27,873 nucleotides of DNA from Myxococcales bacterium. GTDB taxonomy: Bacteria; Myxococcota_A; Polyangia; Fen-1088. Made by a program: the position numbers and the translations under genes. Positions within the stretch are counted from its first letter, which is position 1. Each line of letters begins with the position of its first letter. Below the pieces are notes generated by a model. It saw nothing but the letters and a program-made list of their open reading frames with translations, was not told where the DNA came from and did no database searches. This document shows, one piece after another, positions 23,267 through 27,873 of this stretch. The DNA is taken from NCBI GenBank assembly GCA_031423255.1, contig JANPFD010000239.1, positions 1 to 27,873 of the forward strand, given 5' to 3'.

Positions 23267-24147
23267 GCGGTCGCCCGGCGACGAAGCCTGGATTGAAAAG
23301 ACCGGATTGCCTCCAGCCAGCGGGGATCGGCCACGAACAGGTGGACCAGGATCATTGCGACGCTCAGATCAGCGAAGCTGATCAGGGCCATCAAGGAGGC
23401 ATGCATGATCACCATCGCGACCCAGATCCACTGGCGGAGGGCGGGAACAACGGCGAGGGGTAGGAACAGCAACTCCAGGCCCAGGGCCGAGTAGCTGACC
23501 ATGCGCAACACCGGCATCGGAAGTCCCAGCAGCAGGTCGCGCACCACGCCGGGCCTGGCAAGGGGACTCTCCAGCACACGAGCGATCGCCGTTCCATCCA
23601 GCCAGGAGGGACTGACGAGCTTGGTGTAGCCGCTGAAGCTGTAGCCGGCAGCCAGGACGAGCCAGGCGGCGGCATGGATCCCGGGCGGAAATCTCCAGGG
23701 CTCGCTCTGCTGCCGCCACAGGCCAACGCCCCTGTCGAGCCGAGGCATGAAGGCATGGGCCACGAGCAGCCAGCCGATGTAGGGCAGCGAGGGATTGGCG
23801 ATGAGCGGGTTGCGCCCGAAGAGACAGGCGAGCGCGTAGGCCAGGAACAGGCCTCCGGCGCGATCCTTGATCCCGAGCGCGAATGCCGCCGACACCAGGG
23901 CTGCCACGTTCACGAAGAGGGTGACGAAGGCCGGCCCGTCGTGGACGGCAAGCAGATTCGGGAACAGTCTGGAGAACGGGCTGAGTCCGGCATCGGGAAG
24001 GACGCCCGCCGAGGAGAAGATCTCGGCCGCCCAGGGCGACAGATGGGCGAAGTGAATGAAGAGGTAGAGACCGAGCACGAACCTGAACCGCCCGTAGAGC
24101 GCCCCCGTCCAGGCCGCGCCCGACGGCAGAAGGGATCTCACTGGCAC
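23263..24147 (-). CDS. polytopic integral membrane protein (possibly HTTM/vitamin-K-carboxylase-like fold)
   Basis: 294 aa, Trp-rich, 6-8 predicted TM helices. Family assignment is a guess from composition. Confidence 0.35.
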   Translation of the reverse strand: MPVRSLLPSGAAWTGALYGRFRFVLGLYLFIHFAHLSPWAAEIFSSAGVLPDAGLSPFSRLFPNLLAVHDGPAFVTLFVNVAALVSAAFALGIKDRAGGLFLAYALACLFGRNPLIANPSLPYIGWLLVAHAFMPRLDRGVGLWRQQSEPWRFPPGIHAAAWLVLAAGYSFSGYTKLVSPSWLDGTAIARVLESPLARPGVVRDLLLGLPMPVLRMVSYSALGLELLFLPLAVVPALRQWIWVAMVIMHASLMALISFADLSVAMILVHLFVADPRWLEAIRSFQSRLRRRATA

Positions 24148-24584
24148 CCGGCTTCGAAGGTGCGTGGCAGATCGCCGAGCGCCTCGGGCCTCAGCGGTTC
24201 GAGTCGGATGCGCACGTCCGTCATGCGGGAAGCATCGAGGCCGAGTTCGCGAAAGAGGCGCCGGTCACGGCAGAGCGCGGAGCGGAGGACGGCGCGGAAC
24301 ATCGGGGCGCTCGCCGGATTGGTGGACATCACCGGTCCAAATGCCAGCACGGCGCCGTAGACGTTCCGGCGGTTGTAGGGACCCTCGAGCCTGGCATACA
24401 GATCGGGCGTGATCGGCTGCGAGCGCCGCTTGCCGTCGGGCTCCGTCCAGTCGATATGGAACGCAGTCGAGTAAGTCTCCAGGCCCTGCACCGCGGAGAA
24501 GACCTTCGGTGCGGGTGACATGTTGGTTGCTGCCGCCAGGGCGCGCAACGAGGGAAGGCCCAGGAGATAGGCCGTCATCTGCAT
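24138..24584 (-). CDS. small membrane-anchored hypothetical protein
   Basis: 148 aa from the internal ATG at 24584. The longer 344-aa ORF overlaps the upstream gene out of frame. N-terminal TM, then a soluble domain. It overlaps the downstream gene by 10 nt. Confidence 0.4.
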   Translation of the reverse strand: MQMTAYLLGLPSLRALAAATNMSPAPKVFSAVQGLETYSTAFHIDWTEPDGKRRSQPITPDLYARLEGPYNRRNVYGAVLAFGPVMSTNPASAPMFRAVLRSALCRDRRLFRELGLDASRMTDVRIRLEPLRPEALGDLPRTFEAGCQ

Positions 24585-24631
24585 CAGCCCGACACCCAGC
24601 AGGACGACGACGGCGACGAGCTCGCGGCGGC

Positions 24632-25369
24632 TCAAGAGGCCCCGCCGTTGACGTCCCGTCCGAGCAGCATCCCCGGCAGCTTCTGCTCCATGCCATCGCC
24701 GAACCCGCAGCGGCCCTCCCACCGCGAGGGATTCCGGAAGGTTCCGAACATCATGTCGAAGACGGGAAGGTCCGCGAAGTTGTGACGGTGCAGCCCTTCC
24801 TGGTGATGGACGCAGTGACTCTCCGGACGCTGGATGATGAAGCCCAGCCACACCGGGGTGCGGACGTTCCAGTGATAGAAGAGTTCCGCCATGCCGTTGA
24901 TCAGCATGACGAGGGCGCCGGCCTCGGGGCCGAGTCCTACGATGGCGTAGAGGACCACGCTCGACAGCACGCCGTTGATCGCGATCTCGATCGGGTGCTT
25001 GTAGAAGCTGGTGATCACCTCGATGCGTTGAGGGCTGTGGTGCACCTGGTGGACCCAGCGCCAGAGGAAGCTCACTTCGTGCCGGAACCGATGCCACCAG
25101 TAGTAGACGAACGTGTGCACCACATAGCCGAGCAACGCCCCGCCCCAGACGCCGAGTCCGTCCGCTGACCACGGCCGGTAAGTCCCGATCCAGGCGTCAT
25201 AGGTGAGTCCGGCCAGGTAGACGGATCCCGCCTGCGCCAGGTTGAGGAGTACGGCGCGGGTCCACCATCCGGAAACCTTCGGCCATGCGCGCCCGGGGCG
25301 CAGGCGCTCGATCCCGATCATCAGGATCGCCAGGCCGATCACCACCCCCGTCACGGCAAGTGCGCGCAT
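24632..25369 (-). CDS. fatty acid hydroxylase / sterol desaturase superfamily membrane protein
   Basis: 245 aa with three His boxes: WHRFRHE, HQVHHS, HCVHHQ, arranged around 4 TM helices. Confidence 0.75.
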   Translation of the reverse strand: MRALAVTGVVIGLAILMIGIERLRPGRAWPKVSGWWTRAVLLNLAQAGSVYLAGLTYDAWIGTYRPWSADGLGVWGGALLGYVVHTFVYYWWHRFRHEVSFLWRWVHQVHHSPQRIEVITSFYKHPIEIAINGVLSSVVLYAIVGLGPEAGALVMLINGMAELFYHWNVRTPVWLGFIIQRPESHCVHHQEGLHRHNFADLPVFDMMFGTFRNPSRWEGRCGFGDGMEQKLPGMLLGRDVNGGAS

Positions 25370-25510
25370 ACGTCAGCGAACCTCGCGAGCATAACTCCTC
25401 GCGTTCCCCGGCATTCCCGCCTACACCGGCCCGGTTGTATGGCGATGAAGTGCGGCGTAGGTCGCCACGACTCGATTCACACGGCGTTCGAGTGAGCGCA
25501 GACTATAGGC

Positions 25511-25894
25511 ATGGTGCTGACTGCATTCGCGATGGTCGGTCTGCTCTCGGTCGCCACGGATGACGCTCGGCCTTGCGCCGAGATGCAGACGCAAGCGCGT
25601 CCCAGGGTCATCCGCCTCTCGACGCTCGAAGCCGATCCCAGGGAGGCGCCGGATCGGCGGTTCACGAACCGGCGCATCGACATCGACATGAAGAACGCCG
25701 ACGTCCACAACCTGCTCCGGCTCCTGGCCGAGGTCGCGCAGTTGAACCTGGTTGTCGCCGACGACGTCTCGGGGTCGGTCACCCTGAAGATGAAGAACGC
25801 CCGCTGGGAGGACGTCCTGCGCGCCATCGCGCGTGTCAGGAAGCTGGACTACGACTGGCAGGGCAACATGATCATGGTCGAACGAGCGCATTGA
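25511..25894 (+). CDS. secretin N-terminal (N0/secretin_N-like) domain protein, stand-alone or truncated
   Basis: 127 aa. IDIDMKNADVHNLLRLLAEVAQLNLVVADDVSGSVTLKMKNARWEDVLRAIARVRKLDYDWQGNMIMV matches the PilQ/GspD N-terminal domain pattern. No secretin C-domain follows. Confidence 0.4.
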   Translation: MVLTAFAMVGLLSVATDDARPCAEMQTQARPRVIRLSTLEADPREAPDRRFTNRRIDIDMKNADVHNLLRLLAEVAQLNLVVADDVSGSVTLKMKNARWEDVLRAIARVRKLDYDWQGNMIMVERAH

Positions 25895-25988
25895 GCGTTA
25901 CCGCTTCGACCCACACCCGCCTTCTCGCCGTCGAGACGATCGACGCCGGCTGGATGCTCGGCTGGAAGTGGCTGGCAGGGGCGCGCGG

Positions 25989-26849
25989 TTAGACGGCGGC
26001 CCGTAGGCGTTGCCCCGCTCTGCGCAGCGCGGGCAAGGCCACCAGCAGGAGCAAGAGCGGTGAGTCCAGATCCCGCGCCCTACCGCGACGCTCGATGATC
26101 CACACGACGGCGATCGACAGGTTGTAAAGGACGTACAGAGGGCCGGCTAGCATCGCCTGCGAGTAGACGTCGGTGCCAGGGGTGAGGATCGCGCCGACGA
26201 CGACGGATAGAACCAGGGCGTAGCGATTGAAGCGCCACATCCCGCGCGCGCTGATCAGCCCCAGCCAGCCGATGAGGCCCAGCACGACCGGCAATTCGAA
26301 AGCGGCGCCGCATCCGACCAGCATGGTGATCTGGAAGTCCGCGACACTCTCCATCGTCAGCATGTTCCTGACGATCGGCCCGGCCTGGCCAGGAACAGCG
26401 ACGGGAATGCCGGTTCCTAGAAGGAACAGGTGGGTGGCCTTCGACAGCAACGTGTAGCCGAACACGGCGCCTCCGGCGAAGCAGGCGAACGTCGCGCCGG
26501 TGAACGCCAGGATCATTCGCTTTTCGCGACGGTAGAGTCCCGGCGCGACGAACTTCCACAACTCCCAGAGCACGAGCGGCAGGGCGGTGGCTATCCCGAG
26601 CACGATGGCGAGCTTCATCTGCACCCAGAAGCCCTCGGACGGCGACGTCCTGATGATGATCGGTTCCTGCCCGAGTTGCCTCATCGCCTGCTCGACCGGC
26701 CGCATGAGGAAGAGGAAGAAATCGTTGGCGTAGAAAGAGGAGACGAAAAAGGCGGCCACGAAGACCAGGCCCGCGTTCCGGAGACGTACCCTCAGCTCCT
26801 GCAGGTGCTCCATGATGCTCATCGGTTTTTCGTCCAGGTCCTGTTCCAT
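25989..26849 (-). CDS. tatC: twin-arginine translocase subunit TatC
   Basis: 286 aa. N-terminus MSIMEHLQELRVRL, six TM helices, conserved TatC blocks. Confidence 0.85.
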   Translation of the reverse strand: MEQDLDEKPMSIMEHLQELRVRLRNAGLVFVAAFFVSSFYANDFFLFLMRPVEQAMRQLGQEPIIIRTSPSEGFWVQMKLAIVLGIATALPLVLWELWKFVAPGLYRREKRMILAFTGATFACFAGGAVFGYTLLSKATHLFLLGTGIPVAVPGQAGPIVRNMLTMESVADFQITMLVGCGAAFELPVVLGLIGWLGLISARGMWRFNRYALVLSVVVGAILTPGTDVYSQAMLAGPLYVLYNLSIAVVWIIERRGRARDLDSPLLLLLVALPALRRAGQRLRAAV

Positions 26850-26893
26850 GGCGCACCTCCAGCAGTGACCCGGGAACCGGAGTGCCCCTTCCG

Positions 26894-27859
26894 CTATTCC
26901 GTGTTCTTTGAGGTGAGATCCCGGACCACGGGAACCAAGCCGAGCACGACGCGTGCGAGTCGCACATAGTCCAGTGTTTCCGGAGTGTCACCTGGTGTGT
27001 GGTAGTTGGGGTTCCGGAAGGGCGCGGTGTCGGTGACCATGATTCCGGGATAGCCGGCCTCCCAGAACGCCCATTGATCGGACCATCCGACGCCCGGCAC
27101 CCCTCCGGGGAGGGCTCCCCCCTCGGAGGCGATACGCGCGCCCTTGCGGAAGGTTCCGATCGCGCGTCGGACCAGCCAGCGTGATCCGAGGTCGCCGACG
27201 AAGGCTACGAAGTTACCGCGATCAGGATAGAGCGCGGAGAAGAGGGGCGGGTACCTCTGCGTCCCCGGCTCGTCGCGGAAGTAGCCAAGGGACTCCAGGC
27301 TCAGCATGGCCACGATGCGTTCGCCCTTGTCCCGGCAACGTCGCGCGTAGACCAGACTACCCATGGAGGGGCTCTGGAAGTACGGAGGCTCCTCGTTGGC
27401 GAACGCCACGAACCGGACAGTTCGCGCTTGAGGCGACGGGCCCGAAGTCAGGCGGGCCAGTTCCAGGAGTACAGCCACACCGGAAGCGTTGTCGTCCGCG
27501 CCGGGGACGCTCTCGGCGGAGTCGTAGTGAGCGCCGATCACCACGATCTCGTCCTTGCGTCCTGTCCCGGGACGCTCGAGCACCAGGTTGTGGCAGGTCT
27601 TTCCGTCGGCGGCGAAGGACTGACGCTCCACGGGCAGGAGGGTGCTCCGGAAGGACGTCTCGATCTGATCTGCGGCCCGATCTAGCGCCGCGGGAGAGGC
27701 CACGTTCCGCGGCCCGATCTCCCGGGCTAGGGCCAATGCTGATCGGGTAGCGCGTAACTGATCGAGATCGATCCAGATTTCCTGTGGAGAAAAATGCATT
27801 CGCCACGGGACCGAGGAGCGACGAGGATTTGGTGAACTTCCGAGGGTGGAGGGTCCCAT
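26894..27859 (-). CDS. M28-family zinc aminopeptidase
   Basis: 321 aa with IGAHYDS...GADDNASGVAVLLELAR...EE...H metal-ligand pattern of M28 peptidases. The N-terminus lies near the window edge, so the start is uncertain. Confidence 0.7.
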   Translation of the reverse strand: MGPSTLGSSPNPRRSSVPWRMHFSPQEIWIDLDQLRATRSALALAREIGPRNVASPAALDRAADQIETSFRSTLLPVERQSFAADGKTCHNLVLERPGTGRKDEIVVIGAHYDSAESVPGADDNASGVAVLLELARLTSGPSPQARTVRFVAFANEEPPYFQSPSMGSLVYARRCRDKGERIVAMLSLESLGYFRDEPGTQRYPPLFSALYPDRGNFVAFVGDLGSRWLVRRAIGTFRKGARIASEGGALPGGVPGVGWSDQWAFWEAGYPGIMVTDTAPFRNPNYHTPGDTPETLDYVRLARVVLGLVPVVRDLTSKNTE

Positions 27860-27873
27860 GGATCTCGATAAGT

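Overview
High-GC (~68%) bacterial window; the phylum is not assignable from the sequence. All tRNA folds, anticodons and coordinates below were worked out by hand and need tool confirmation (tRNAscan-SE/ARAGORN).

The left third (about 1-5800) looks like a horizontally acquired island. It contains a tyrosine-recombinase C-terminal remnant whose upstream portion is replaced by 23-bp tandem repeats, a VapC-type toxin with a small antitoxin, and a densely packed minus-strand tRNA gene array. I could fold 34 tRNA genes between about 1483 and 5737. Together their anticodons cover all 20 amino acids, and an HNH endonuclease gene sits inside the array. Several array members are non-canonical: three Leu-anticodon tRNAs lack a long variable arm, about ten have C33, several have tiny D-arms or variant T-loops, and one is initiator-like. 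The array spacers carry recurrent GC-rich palindromic hairpin families and a duplicated ~70-nt structured element.

Immediately to the right (6129-14375) is an RNA-repair locus. On the minus strand are rtcR (CARF + sigma54 activator), a tRNA-like structured element and a cytoplasmic SPFH/Band-7 protein, followed by a Cys-rich hypothetical and a small S24 peptidase. On the plus strand a sigma54 promoter drives rtcB-rtcA plus two tandem paralogous Pol-beta-superfamily nucleotidyltransferases. A complete accessory tRNA set next to an RtcB/RtcA/nucleotidyltransferase/Band-7 system with a tRNA-like RNA is the most notable signal here.

The rest of the window encodes ordinary-looking genes: a vWA-histidine kinase-response regulator operon, a PilP-like protein, a lipoprotein, a large secreted vWA protein, an ECF sigma/anti-sigma pair, a membrane-protein/fatty-acid-hydroxylase operon, a secretin N-domain fragment, tatC and an M28 peptidase.
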